This document shows, in pieces, positions 1 through 12,016 of a stretch of DNA of 64,000 nt. Below the pieces are notes generated by a model. That model worked only from the letters and a program-made list of their open reading frames with translations. It did not search any database and had not been told where the DNA came from. The DNA comes from Chrysomallon squamiferum. Its lineage: Eukaryota; Animalia; Mollusca. The position numbers and the translations under genes are program-made. Where the stretch lies: the NCBI GenBank assembly GCA_012295275.1, contig CM022669.1, positions 5,394,001 to 5,458,000 of the forward strand, written 5' to 3'. Every line of letters starts with the position of its first letter. Within the stretch, counting starts at the first letter, position 1.

Positions 1-608
1 GAGGCCGCGACGGTCGAGTGGGTCATGGGTACATAGCCCAAATTTTTCCTGTACTCGGAAGAGATGTTGGCAACGCTGACGTCCTTCATGGAACTTTTGC
101 GTGCACGGCGACGAGCATGTCGACGTCGGAAGTCGCCTTTGGCGAAGTCGTTTTCGCAAGCTGGATGAACGGACCAATAGTTTCCCTTACCGTTTTCCGC
201 CCGCCCGCTTTTGATGAAACATTCGTTCAGCGAGAGATTGTGACGTATGCTGTTTTTCCATGCCTTGCTTTTGTCGTTGAAGTACGGAAAGGTGTCGCTG
301 ATGTATTGGTAGATGTCGCCTAGCAACATCTTCTTTCTTACATCACTGAGGATTGCCAAGGAAATGAGCGCAATGTACGAATGGTCTGGTTTCGATGAAC
401 GCAGATTTTCAAAGTTATTTGTAGCTGCTTTGTCAAGAGACATCAGGACGTAACTGATGGGGTCCGAAGTGTCCCCGCTGCTGCTGCCGGAGTCGCTGGT
501 CACGGACAGGGACTCATTTGAGGAGACAGAGTTAAGTGGCAACTCCAAAATATCACGTCTCTGATCATTGGTCTGTCCTGTAAGGAAGTCGATGCTGAAG
601 TTAATCAT
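1..608 (-). CDS. foxq2: FoxQ2-type forkhead transcription factor, copy A (3' end runs off the window)
   Basis: ATG at 608; near-identical to 6392..6999 (offset 6391) and open through the whole forkhead domain; I count 7 substitutions versus copy B, 6 of them synonymous. Confidence 0.85.
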   Translation of the reverse strand, partial: MINFSIDFLTGQTNDQRRDILELPLNSVSSNESLSVTSDSGSSSGDTSDPISYVLMSLDKAATNNFENLRSSKPDHSYIALISLAILSDVRKKMLLGDIYQYISDTFPYFNDKSKAWKNSIRHNLSLNECFIKSGRAENGKGNYWSVHPACENDFAKGDFRRRHARRRARKSSMKDVSVANISSEYRKNLGYVPMTHSTVAA

Positions 609-745
609 AGCTGGACGATTTTTTCTTTGAACGCTGAAATCTTCTTTCTTTCGTTCTTTTTAAAATCTTTTCTTGCAGCAGAAATTACAGTAAGTATTAT
701 TTGAAACAGTGAATCTGGAAGTGAAGTGTCTTGGCCACGTCGGCC

Positions 746-802
746 TTATATAATGATATGTCGTCTCTTTTGATTGGTCGAATATGTCTTCATTCTGATT
801 GG
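746..802 (-). promoter_or_regulatory. Putative core promoter of FoxQ2 copy A: TATA box and two CCAAT boxes
   Basis: TTATATAA at 746-753; ATTGG (CCAAT on minus) at 773-777 and 798-802, in the usual order and spacing ~140-190 bp upstream of the ATG. Confidence 0.55.
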
Positions 803-915
803 CTGATCGTGGAAATTTTCACAGTTTGTCGCATGCACGTATACATATGTTCATACGCAAAACATACATAATTATGATGCAAAAATTCGTTCATTTCATT
901 TACATTGCATTTGTC

Positions 916-951
<36 letters not shown>

Positions 952-1099
952 AATTAATATTTTCATATAATTGATACGTGAATTCTTTCTTTATGAGTCA
1001 TTCTTTATAAATAAAATGGTTAGTTTTGACCTAAAATACATCATTTCCGTGTATGAAAAATTATTTAATAAAAATACGTCCTAATAAAAGTTCTTTGTT

Positions 1100-1420
1100 C
1101 CAGCAGTTATCCTGCCCAAACAATAATCAATGCTGATCAAATTAGGTTACTTCTGAAAAAAAAGCGTGGTAGATATTAGGCGTTGTCAATACGACCGTGG
1201 CCGAGTATCTATGTTAATATGGTTTTGCAAAACACGTCACCTCTGACGTCAGTAGACTGATTCTCTTCCGAAGTCTGTGAGATAAACCAACGCAGAGTTT
1301 TTCTTCTAATTACCGCGTTGTCAAGTGCATCTTGTTCTTGTAAATGATGTACTTTAATTTGAGTAAATGATCGAAAAAGAAAAGAAAATAGAGACAGAAG
1401 GAGAAGGAGGAACAACAACA
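1100..1420. repeat. Conserved non-coding block with palindromic CRE (TGACGTCA), repeated 5 times
   Basis: Near-identical 'cacgtcacctctgacgtcagtag..ttccgaagtctgtg..ttaccgcgttgtcaagtg' at ~1230, ~5075, ~7635, ~18525 and ~62985; boundaries approximate. Confidence 0.75.
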
Positions 1421-4400
1421 ACAATATAACAAATATATGTATATATATATATAAATAACATAAAATAAAACTATTATTATTATTATTATTATAACCAGCA
1501 TCATTATTATTATTGTCGTCTTCATTATTTTTATCATCATCATTCTGAATAATCTTTTACTAACTTGTAAATTTATTATATAATTTCTTAAATGGAACTT
1601 GAAAATACTAAAGAATGAAATCAGGATTAAGCCTTCGTTGATAATATTTACCTTCATACTGTATGTTTTATGCATGTATGTATGAGTGCATGTATATATG
1701 TATGCATGCATACGTATGTATATGTATATGTATATATAAGTGTATGTGTGTTTCTATATAATTATTTTTTGTTTTTCTTTTCTATTTATGTATATTGTAT
1801 ACATGTATATATGTATGTACGTTCTATTGCTTCGCTTTTATTTATTTATTTATATATTTATTTTAGATGGCTTTTGTAAATGTTATTTTTGTTTATTTTT
1901 GTTTTCTCTTGTTTAATTCTCCACGTCATATCTGTGACATGTTTTTTGTTTATCACTTGAGCGATATGTTACTGTGTTTACATTTTGTAAGCAATGAATG
2001 AACAGTGTCATTATTATACAATGAAACTTTATGAGAAGTGAATGGAGTTTGCTTCAGTTAACATGTTTAGTGAATTATTTCTGGACATGATAGTGTAAAA
2101 CTGTAGCAAACAGTATCATTGTTTGGTTCTTGTTTCACAAATATTTTTATGAACAACACCGAAAAAGAAAGAAACAGTCGTGTTTGCTGCAGTGCTTCAT
2201 GGGTATGTTAAGGCTAATGCAAGGTTAAAAAACAAAACGCAGCTAAGCTGATCATTTGTAAAAGTTGATTCATGGCATATATCCACGTCCTCACGCTTTG
2301 TCCGTTTTGCTGGCGAGTTCGGCAGAAAATTGAAACCAGGGACTTGCCTTGTCGTTAATGATTACTGAGGGTTAAATATATTTTCTTCATTTGAAATGCG
2401 ATTTCAGAGTTAAAAATCAAACGAGTAGTAAGGAAAATAAAACAATTACTACAAACATGTTACATCTGAAGTTAATATTCTTTGTTCCACAAGGTGTGGC
2501 ATTATGTGTTTTAATAATTGTGGAATAATTGTCTATATTTTGGCGGTTTATGGGCTGGCGAAAAAATGAGTCATAATAAATAATCGATTTAAAGAAATAT
2601 ATGTATTTTTAATTTTCACAGATATACTAATGAACAGTACAGCAGTTCAGACGAAGCCTTGCTTATATAGTGAGAAAATACATTTTACTACCTGTTTCTA
2701 ATTTATAATTTCATGGAATAAACTGCGAAAACTATTTAAATACAAAAATGGCGGATTGATTCACCAACAATTTATGCGCCATGCTTGGGACACGCGATTT
2801 TCTGGGTTTCTGAACCAATGAGTAACGTGTGTATATATATATATATATATAAACCGTAACAAGTAAACAACGAAGCCGTATTTAACAAATACAAATTAAA
2901 ACACATGTCTGAAGCCTGGTTTCTGAAAGCCGAAAATAAATTATATTTTTACAAAGTAATATCAAATTTTATATATTTATCTGAAACGTCATTTATTTTA
3001 CAATCAACCAAACAGAGAGAGAGACAGAGATGTAATTAGAAAGTGAAACATTAGAACTTACAGTGTGTTTGCCATATATAACTGCTTTTCTCTTTATACA
3101 CATCCGTCTGTATTGTGTGTGTTTATTAACATTTTCTGTGTTATTTTGATTTCATCTCTCTCTGTTATTTAGTATTTAATGTTCTTTTGTTGTTTAGATC
3201 AATTATAGAGATATCATAATAGACTTTGAAAACAGTATTTGAAATTTTTTAATTTTCTACTGCATACTGCACTTGTAACAAATACAGATAAAAATGGCGG
3301 ATTGACGTCAGTGCTGAACTAAGAATAGATTTTCAAGTCTACACGTTTATTTAAATGAATTACTTAAATAACTGTTTCACACAGTTATTTTACGATCTGT
3401 TTAAAGTATTAATTATTATGTTAAAAAACAACAATAACAAAAACATTTAAAATGAATTGTGTTTAAGAACTGAATTTGTCTAAATAATAACACATTCACA
3501 ATTTTGAATGAAAATATTGAAATATATATATATATATAAAACATCTCCTCTGCAATCAAAAAATAACATAAACATACGTCTAAATCAGATTTCTCCTGTT
3601 CATCTAGACCTCAGATAATTTTGTACACATACGAGGAGTCCAGGAGGTTTTGTTGTGTTTTAAAAACAAATCATGACAAAAGAAATACGTTTAGATGTTT
3701 ATTAGTTTGCTCGCTGTACTATGCCATGCAGGTATTAACAACTCTACCTTTAGTTTAATTAATTGTTTATTTTTATATTAGTCCGAGCTTAAAATGTAGA
3801 ATGTTTGTAGGAAAAAAAATATTAACGGTACATCGATGTGTGAAGAAAAAAACACAAAAAGACAAATAAACATAAAAGAAAAATCTGTTTCACAATAATG
3901 TTGGAAAGGAAAATTAATAAAACTGATAATGATAAAGTATTGCAGAGATTACAATTATATTTTATCTCTTTTCTTAAACTTTTATTATTATTATTATGTT
4001 TTTAAGAAAAGAGAAGAAAACATTTCTAAATTAGTATTGCTCACTATAGAAATAAAACAGTATGGTTTACAAGAGATTCAGTTAAAAATTTAAAATTAAA
4101 AATAAATTTCTGTATATTCGTACAATGAAATAGAAAGAAAATCTTATCTTTCTGAAGAATATTTTAAACGGGTGAAATATAAAATGCTCAAAAACATCGA
4201 CAAAACTAACTTTCTCGTTTCAACACTAAAGCTAGACATGGAATACTCTTCAAGGCAACATAATGAAAGTGGCCATACAGCTTTCACAGTTATTTTTTCT
4301 TGTGAAAAGGTGCGGTTTGATAGAATCTCCTTGTTACAATTTCATTTTATTATTTTCATATTTTTCTTTCTCTTTTATTCAAGGAAAAATACCTTTGAAT

Positions 4401-4797
4401 AGCAATCTATCTAAGACATGAAAAATAGATTTGTCCTTCGTTTTTGTACATACATATAGACATATAAACGTTTGAACACACGCACACACACACAGACACA
4501 CATATATAAATTAATACAAAAAAAAAAAATAACTCAGAGTAATTACTGCAGTATATTTACAACAATCTCACCCAGAACAGTAGTCGGGACTAAATGTTCC
4601 AGATAACACACCTTCGGCTATTTTCGTGTTAAGCAAATTAATAGCTGCGGTAGACCGTAAATTAACGATCATAGCTGAATATTAATAGGCTCTAGATGTG
4701 CAGTTTCGTTTAACTCCGGCCATTCTAATCTTAGCAGCATTAAACTGATATCTCAAGACATTAAACACTTGTTCTTCATACAGGCACACACACACAG

Positions 4798-4831
<34 letters not shown>

Positions 4832-5908
4832 ATACACACAAAGATGTATGAACTGGTTATTTTCTTACTTTAGACCTAAAATAGGGTCTGTGTTATTTAT
4901 TTATTTAACCCCAAATATATCCGTCTAGCAGTTCTTTGGACCTGCAGTTATCCTGCCCAAACAATAAACAATGCTAATCAAATTAGGTTACTTCTAAAAA
5001 AAAAGCCTGACTTTGTAGGTATAAGCGTTATCAATACGACCATGGCCGAGTATCTACGTTAATATGGTTTTGCTAAACACGTCACCTCTGACGTCAGTAG
5101 ATTGATTCTCTTCCGAAGTCTGTGAGGTAAACCAACGCAGAGTTTTTCTTCTAATTACCGCGTTGTCAAGTGCATCTTGTTCTTATACATAATGTACTTT
5201 AATTTGAGTAAATGATCGAAAACAAAAGTGAAATAACTGAAAAAGGAAAAAGAAAATACGAGAAAGGAGGCGGAGAAGGAAAAATAACAACAGAAACGAA
5301 AACAATAAAACAAATAAATATAAAATAAAAATAAAAATAATAAAATAAAATAAAATGAAATAAAATAAAACAGTTATTGCTATTATTATTACAATAATAA
5401 TCACATCATCATCGTCGTCATCATTATTATTATCATCATTATTATTATTATTATTTTATCATTATTATTGTAGCTATCATCATTGTTATTATTATCGTCT
5501 TGATTAGTTTTCTCATCATCGTTTTATAAATTCATAAACGTGACTTTAAAAAAGTGTAAGAAAGAAATCAGGACCAAACCTTTCTTCATATTTACTTTGC
5601 AATTGTATTTCTTATACAAGTATGTATGTATGTATGCATCCGTATGTATACGTATTCGTATATATTGTTGTGTGTGTGTATCTATATAATCATATTTCTA
5701 TAATAGCTTTTCTATTTATATATATATATATTGTATATATGTATGTGTTTATTTGTGTAGTGTGTGTGTGTGTATAAGTGTATGTGTGTGTGTGTATGTG
5801 TGGGTGTAAATATATTAGGAATATTACAAATACATTCACTTTCACCCAACTGAAAACAGTTATCAAAGATAATATAATAATAACAAAACCAGTTTTTTCT
5901 TATATATA

Positions 5909-5925
5909 TTTATTCTGTATTTATT
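5909..5925 (-). terminator. Candidate polyadenylation signals of FoxQ2 copy B
   Basis: Two AATAAA on the minus strand (5920-5925, 5909-5914) ~250 nt after the stop, followed by T/GT-rich sequence; the AT-rich context lowers specificity. Confidence 0.35.
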
Positions 5926-6171
5926 AAATAAAATATTCCCTGACAAATAACATCAAGAAATAACAGGACCAATATTTACAACGTAACAGCAATCAATAAC
6001 AATAACAAAACAAAAAATGTGAAATGTTTTCCTTTTCAAAAACAAAAAATATTATTCTCCGATGTCAAAGACTTCACTTTAAACATTAACAATATTAACA
6101 CTATTGCACGCTCACATATCGTATTTACATTAATGGCACAGTGATAAAGTCAAACAATGTTTTGTAAAAAG

Positions 6172-6999
6172 TTAGTAACAAAGCGTGGTATAGGCCTGGC
6201 TGACTTGACCCATTTCGTTGTACATATCGCAATTCCAATTCTGCTCAGACGGCATCTGTGCAGGTACGTTCATTGGAAGGAGCGACATCTGAGACGACGG
6301 CATTTGGCCTGTGTACAGCATCTGTGCAGGAACCGAGTAGATGTGACTGGGGTAGATGGCAGGCGTACTCGAGTAGCAGGGAAAGTTTATCGAGGCCGCT
6401 ACGGTCGAGTGGGTCATGGGTACATAGCCCAAATTTTTCCTGTACTCGGAAGAGATGTTGGCAGCGCTGACGTCCTTCATGGAACTTTTTCGAGCACGGC
6501 GACGAGCATGTCGACGTCGGAAGTCGCCTTTGGCGAAGTCGTTTTCGCAAGCTGGATGAACGGACCAATAGTTTCCCTTACCGTTTTCCGCCCGCCCGCT
6601 TTTGATGAAACATTCGTTCAGCGAGAGATTGTGACGTATGCTGTTTTTCCATGCCTTGCTTTTGTCGTTGAAGTATGGAAAGGTGTCGCTTATGTACTGG
6701 TAGATGTCGCCTAGCAACATCTTCTTTCTTACATCACTGAGGATTGCCAAGGAAATGAGCGCAATGTACGAATGGTCTGGTTTCGATGAACGCAGATTTT
6801 CAAAGTTATTTGTAGCTGCTTTGTCAAGAGACATCAGGACGTAACTGATGGGGTCCGAAGTGTCCCCGCTGCTGCTGCCGGAGTCGCTGGTCACGGACAG
6901 GGACTCATTTGAGGAGACAGAGTTAAGTGGCAACTCCAAAATATCACGTCTCTGATCATTGGTCTGTCCTGTAAGGAAGTCGATGCTGAAGTTAATCAT
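6172..6999 (-). CDS. foxq2: FoxQ2-type forkhead transcription factor, copy B, intronless, 275 aa
   Basis: Forkhead domain KPDHSYIALISLAIL..MLLGDIYQYI..WKNSIRHNLSLNECFIKSGRAENGKGNYWSVHPAC..DFAKGDFRRRHARRR, with the FoxQ2-typical C-terminal end; N-terminal eh1-like motif FSIDFLT. Confidence 0.92.
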   Translation of the reverse strand: MINFSIDFLTGQTNDQRRDILELPLNSVSSNESLSVTSDSGSSSGDTSDPISYVLMSLDKAATNNFENLRSSKPDHSYIALISLAILSDVRKKMLLGDIYQYISDTFPYFNDKSKAWKNSIRHNLSLNECFIKSGRAENGKGNYWSVHPACENDFAKGDFRRRHARRRARKSSMKDVSAANISSEYRKNLGYVPMTHSTVAASINFPCYSSTPAIYPSHIYSVPAQMLYTGQMPSSQMSLLPMNVPAQMPSEQNWNCDMYNEMGQVSQAYTTLCY

Positions 7000-7136
7000 A
7001 GCTGGACGATTTTTTCTTTGAACGCTGAAATCTTCTTTCTTTCGTTCTTTTTAAAATCTTTTCTTGCAGCAGAAATTACAGTAAGTATTATTTGAAACAG
7101 TGAATCTGAAAGTGAAGTGTCTTGGCCACGTCGGCC

Positions 7137-7168
7137 TTATATAATGATATGTCGTCTCTTTTGATTGG
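7137..7168 (-). promoter_or_regulatory. Putative core promoter of FoxQ2 copy B: TATA and one CCAAT box
   Basis: TTATATAA at 7137-7144 and ATTGG at 7164-7168; the distal box reads ATTCG (7189-7193) in this copy. Confidence 0.5.
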
Positions 7169-7306
7169 TCGAATATGTCTTCATTCTGATTCGCTGATCG
7201 TGGAAATTTTCACAGTTTGTCGCATGCACGTATACATATGTTCATACGCAAAACATACATAATTAATATGCAAAAATTCGTTCATTTCATTTACATTGCA
7301 TTTGTC

Positions 7307-7347
<41 letters not shown>

Positions 7348-8289
7348 ATTATTAAATTAATATTTTCATATAATTGATACGTGAATTCTTTCTTTATGAG
7401 TCATTCTTTATAAATAAAATGGTTAGTTTTGACCTAAAATACATCATTTCCGTGTATGAAAAATTATTTAATAAAAATACGTCCTAATAAAAGTTCTTTG
7501 TTCCAGGAGTTATGATGCCCAAACAATAATCAATGCTGATCAAATTAGGTTACTTCTGAAAAATAAGCGTGGTAGATATTAGGCGTTGTCAATACGACCG
7601 TGGCCTAGTATCTATGTTAATATGGTTTTGCAAAACACGTCACCTCTGACGTCAGTAGACTGATTCTCTTCCGAAGTCTGTGAGATAAACCAACGCAGAG
7701 TTTTTCTTCTAATTACCGCGTTGTCAAGTGAATCTTGTTCTTATACATGATGTACTTTAATCTGAGTAAATGATCGAAAACAAAAACAAAAAAGAAAATA
7801 GAGAAAGAAGGAGAAGGTGGAACAACAACAATATAACAAATATATATATATATATATATATATAACATAAAATAAAATCATTATCGTCTGCATTATTTTT
7901 ATCATAATCATTCTGAACAATCTTTTAGTAACTTGTAAATATATTTTATAATTTCTTAAAGGTAACTTTAGGAAACTGAGAATGATACTGTATTTCTTTT
8001 GAAAGTATTTATGTATGTTTATATGTACGTATGCATTTACGAGAAAAGAGTACTAAAACTGTTATTAAATTGTTATCGATAAGAAGAACGATATTAGAAT
8101 GTAAATAGAAATTAGTAATTTATTACAATTCAAAAAAAAAAAAAAAAGCCAGATCATTATAATGCACTTTTCGTTTCTTTTAATGTCATTTCTTAGATAA
8201 ATCATATTACAAAAACAAAATAATACATATGCATACATCTTGCTTTTAAAATCATAACGATTCAAACAAATATAAGATAAACGATTCGT

Positions 8290-8612
8290 CAGCTGAACCA
8301 TTTTAATATACGACTCATCAGATAAAGATATTTTATTATTTGAATCGTGAGATAGACCATTTTATTATTCATGTGGTGGGATAGGCCATTTTAATATTCA
8401 AGTCGTGAGATAGACCATTTTAATACACGAGTCCTAGTATAAGCAATTTTAAAATGCAAGTTGTGAGATCAACCATTTTAACATATGACTCATGAGATAA
8501 ACCATTTTAATATGTGAGTAGTAACATGAAATAATTTCTAATACGAGTCGTAAGATTAACTATTTTAATAATTATATCAGAAGTGAGATAAACCAATTCA
8601 ATACAAATATAC
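8290..8612. repeat. Degenerate ~29-bp tandem repeat downstream of pyruvyltransferase copy 1
   Basis: Units like gtgagatagaccattttaatattcaagtc, about 11 copies. Confidence 0.7.
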
Positions 8613-8706
8613 GACACATGATTAGAGGCAAACACCTCAAAGAAAGATCAAGTTTCGTAAAGTATTCGTTTGAAAATAAAAATATTCAAAACTTGAAAAT
8701 TCAAGT

Positions 8707-10046
8707 TCAACTATGGAGACCAAAAAAACTTTGGAATATATCAGCTACCTTGAATTCAGTCACGTCCATTACTGGACCTATTGGTGGAAGCTCTCCTTTG
8801 TAAGTGTTGAGCAATGTCAAGGCCAGAGACAACGTCTTCGAGCCGTTGTTAGTCAGTAAAACACTGCGAACACTTCGTGTCCACGTGTTGTGAAAAGAAG
8901 AAAGTTTCTTGTTCTCGTTGTCAATCAACACGTGTGGTATGTTGAGCAGCGTGCTTAAGATATGTCCGTGAAGACGATCAGTGATGACCACGCGTCCTCG
9001 CTGCAGAAACACAAACCCGTTGTTCGCCATTAGGAAAGCATTTTCCATTGTTGTTGTTCCACTGGGCGTTTTCCAATTCAACCAGTCGGCTACGTGAACC
9101 GTTACGTTGTTTGGCATCTTGATTTTATCAGTCAGGTAACCGGGACTCTCTTTATCAGTACGTTTCAACCAAAGGATGTCATATGTAGGCGACATGAAGC
9201 GACGAACTTCACCAATCTGAAAAGCCATGTCCGGTGCTAATATAAATTTAGTTAGGTTCTTGTTCCAGTATTTCAGAGCGATGTTCAACGACTGTCTGTC
9301 TCTGAGCATTATCGTCAGGTTAGGATTACAGCAGTAAAGTTTCTTACACAACTCAAAGTGATTCCCGCTGTACACGTTGTGAGGAACGAAAATACTTTGA
9401 GGGAAAATAACTAATTTGAAACCGTCGAATCTTGTAATTATATCTTTCCTGAGGTTATCACTGAGAGGGTATCCAACAAAATTCCCTCCTCCATGAAACA
9501 ATATAACAAGTTCATCCTTGGAATAGTTCTTACTTAATTTTTCCGCATATTCTTGTAACTGATTTTTTACGCAATCATAGCACAGACAGTAAAATACAAG
9601 TTTAATTCCCAGACGTCTTAGAAAGTACACTTCACCAACTGTGATGGCAGAATCACCTTTGTTCTCAGAAGCTGAAACATCAAACAGAAATGCATATTTA
9701 AATTTACCTAGGATATGCTGAAATAACTGAAACTGGATTCTTTGAGTTTCATGGATGACTTCTTTAGACGTAGACAAAAGAGGAGATAAGGAATTTGTAT
9801 TGTATACATGATCAGTAAGATTCCAGCTGAGAAATGTTTCGTTTTCTTTCTTGTGTTCAACCAAATAATTTTCATTCAGATCTGGATACAGCTGTTCTTT
9901 GTCCAATAGTTCATTATTTAAACTGACACGTTTGACTCGTTGTGTTTCTTGTACTCTGAATGAGAGAACTGACATCCCAGTGAAGAGAAGAATTGAAAAA
10001 AAGAACAGTTCCATTCGTCGAGTACAAAACCTTGGCTTCCTTGAAT
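8707..10046 (-). CDS. Polysaccharide pyruvyltransferase (Pvg1/EpsO-like) exon, copy 1; ORF intact but upstream transporter exon disrupted
   Basis: Family motifs ENKGDSAI, HGGGNF, PQSIF, LRDRQS, APDMAF, ITDRLHGHILSTLLNIPHVLIDN..KL; N-terminal hydrophobic helix; acceptor ttatcag| at 10047, in-frame Met at 10014. Confidence 0.85.
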
Positions 10047-10358
10047 CTGATAACAGATTGCATACGAATAAAGATAACTATACATACACGTTAACATTTA
10101 ATGAAGTGTGAAAAAAAACGACCATATTCAAAACAATAGATTTGTATTTACTTTATGAAATCAAGAATAGAAATGGTAGTTTTCTAATAATAAATAAAAA
10201 TGAGTGTTAAAATTAATTTCTGACATACTTGTACAAAGAAATGTTATGAAATTTTTGTCAGTCGGTATACCCTTAACAACAGCGACAACGAAACAAACAA
10301 ATGAAAAAATATCAAATTTATTCACTTTGAACACAGTATTAAGGAACTACCATCTCAC
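10047..10358 (-). other. Phase-1 intron linking transporter and pyruvyltransferase exons (copy 1, 312 bp)
   Basis: Donor CAG|GTGAGA at 10359/10358; acceptor tgttatcag|AT at 10047/10046; the junction keeps the frame. Confidence 0.75.
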
Positions 10359-11305
10359 CTGAATCTGTAAGTTCCATGGTTTCATTACGTACAAATTTTT
10401 CTCGTATGAAGATAACAAGTCCCAACGTGCAGACACCCAAACCATTGAAGTTCCACACAGTCGCATGTCTTTGACCAGACAGGTAGAGTAGAAAAATCAC
10501 AGTTATTCTTTTCATGATGTTGCTGACGGCGTGACTCAACACAGACATGTACCGCAGCACGACATTCGCAGACAAATAAGAGTAGACCACGTGGAGGATG
10601 CTGGATGACAGCACTGTAATCAGAGTCAACGTCGTTGTCGTAGGAAGAAATCCTTTCAGTTCGATAATATACGTTACTAGCACTAACGTAGCAACACTAG
10701 CTGCAACATAGCAGATGTACACTACAGGACGCAGTCGTAGTTCCTTAGATTGTTGATGACCTATTTTCATGGCAACGTTTCTTGCAGCTATCGTGATGTT
10801 AGATATGAATGCCATCACCGCACCTATGGACATCGACGACGTTACAAACGGGTTACCTGCGAACCCTACGGCACCGAATACAATCAATGGCAGACTCACT
10901 ATTGTTGATACAGATGTTGATGTCGTTAGGAAACTACGTAGTAGTAGAGCTGTGGTGATGGGTTCCATCAGTTTGATTGCAAACGTAGATGATGCGTGCA
11001 TAAATTCCATGCTGCAGTTTGTAGCGAAACTGCCTGCAATGTGTGATAGAATCATGACGTAGAACACGTTGCTGAACGTCCACAAGAGAATAACATGTCA
11101 TACTTTGAAAGATTGTTAGAATGATGGACAAATAAAGTCCTTGACCTTCTGGCACAATCTGGCACATTGATGACAGAGATAAGAGGTCAAAGTCCACGTG
11201 ACGAAAACCAATACAATCTGAAGAATGAGAAAATTGAAAATCTACACATTGGTCAAAGCAAATATACGAACTACTGGTCGTAGCTTTTTCATTGTTAACT
11301 ATCAC
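10359..11305 (-). pseudogene. TPT/SLC35E-type transporter exon, copy 1, frameshifted
   Basis: 53 bp shorter than the other copies (net -20, -22, -11 nt lesions); split over ORFs 10934..11305 and 10339..11085. Confidence 0.8.
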
Positions 11306-11935
11306 CTATACACTTGTATTGAAATGTCAGCACATGAAACCAAAATACGTAAAAGAAATATGATAACTGGGATCTGATTTTATTTTTCAAGTATTTGAAA
11401 TATACATGACTAAAATATTAAAAGAAATAAATAGCTATACAAAATCTTTTTCTCGTACATCTGTGTGTGTGTGTGTGTGTCTCTCTCTCTCTCTGATTTT
11501 TGTTCATTTCAATTATATTTTTAGATTTTAGTTTTTCACAGTTTGCAGTTTAACAATGATGAATTGGCTAAGAACATAATTTTTGTTCAGTAACAATAAC
11601 AAAACAAGAACAAAAACAACGACAATAATAATGAGAGAATGAAGAACAACAACAACAAAAATAATAATACAAATAATGTTGTTGCTGTTGTTTAAGATAT
11701 TTCGGACTAAAATCTTCACTAATATAAACCGTTTCTTCTAAATATGATCTTAACGGAGATAACACACGTCACAAACAATCTTCTATTGTAATGCACACCA
11801 CAGTAACAAGCTTGTATAAGAGCAATGCATAGCTCTCAGTTATTAGGAGTATCAGAGAAAGAAACAGTTTTCGTTTGCTTTGTTTTATTTTATTTTGTCT
11901 CATTTTATTTTATTATCTTTATTTATTTATTTTTA

Positions 11936-11936
11936 T

Positions 11937-11998
<62 letters not shown>

Positions 11999-12016
11999 TT
12001 ATTATTATTATTATTA
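11936..12016. repeat. (TAC)n/(TAT)n microsatellite
   Basis: Direct reading. Confidence 0.9.

Noticed and set aside
6157-6714. Plus-strand ORFs (185 aa, also 18..323 and 6258..6470) and the alternative-frame ORF 6245..6568
   Set aside because: Antisense or shifted-frame shadows of the FoxQ2 CDS; substitutions between copies are mostly synonymous in the FoxQ2 frame.
10769-11062. 97-aa plus-strand ORF repeated at 23513, 28214 and 47591; also the 70-aa ORFs at 9899, 27354 and 46731
   Set aside because: Antisense to the transporter or enzyme exons; they recur only because the sense gene is duplicated.
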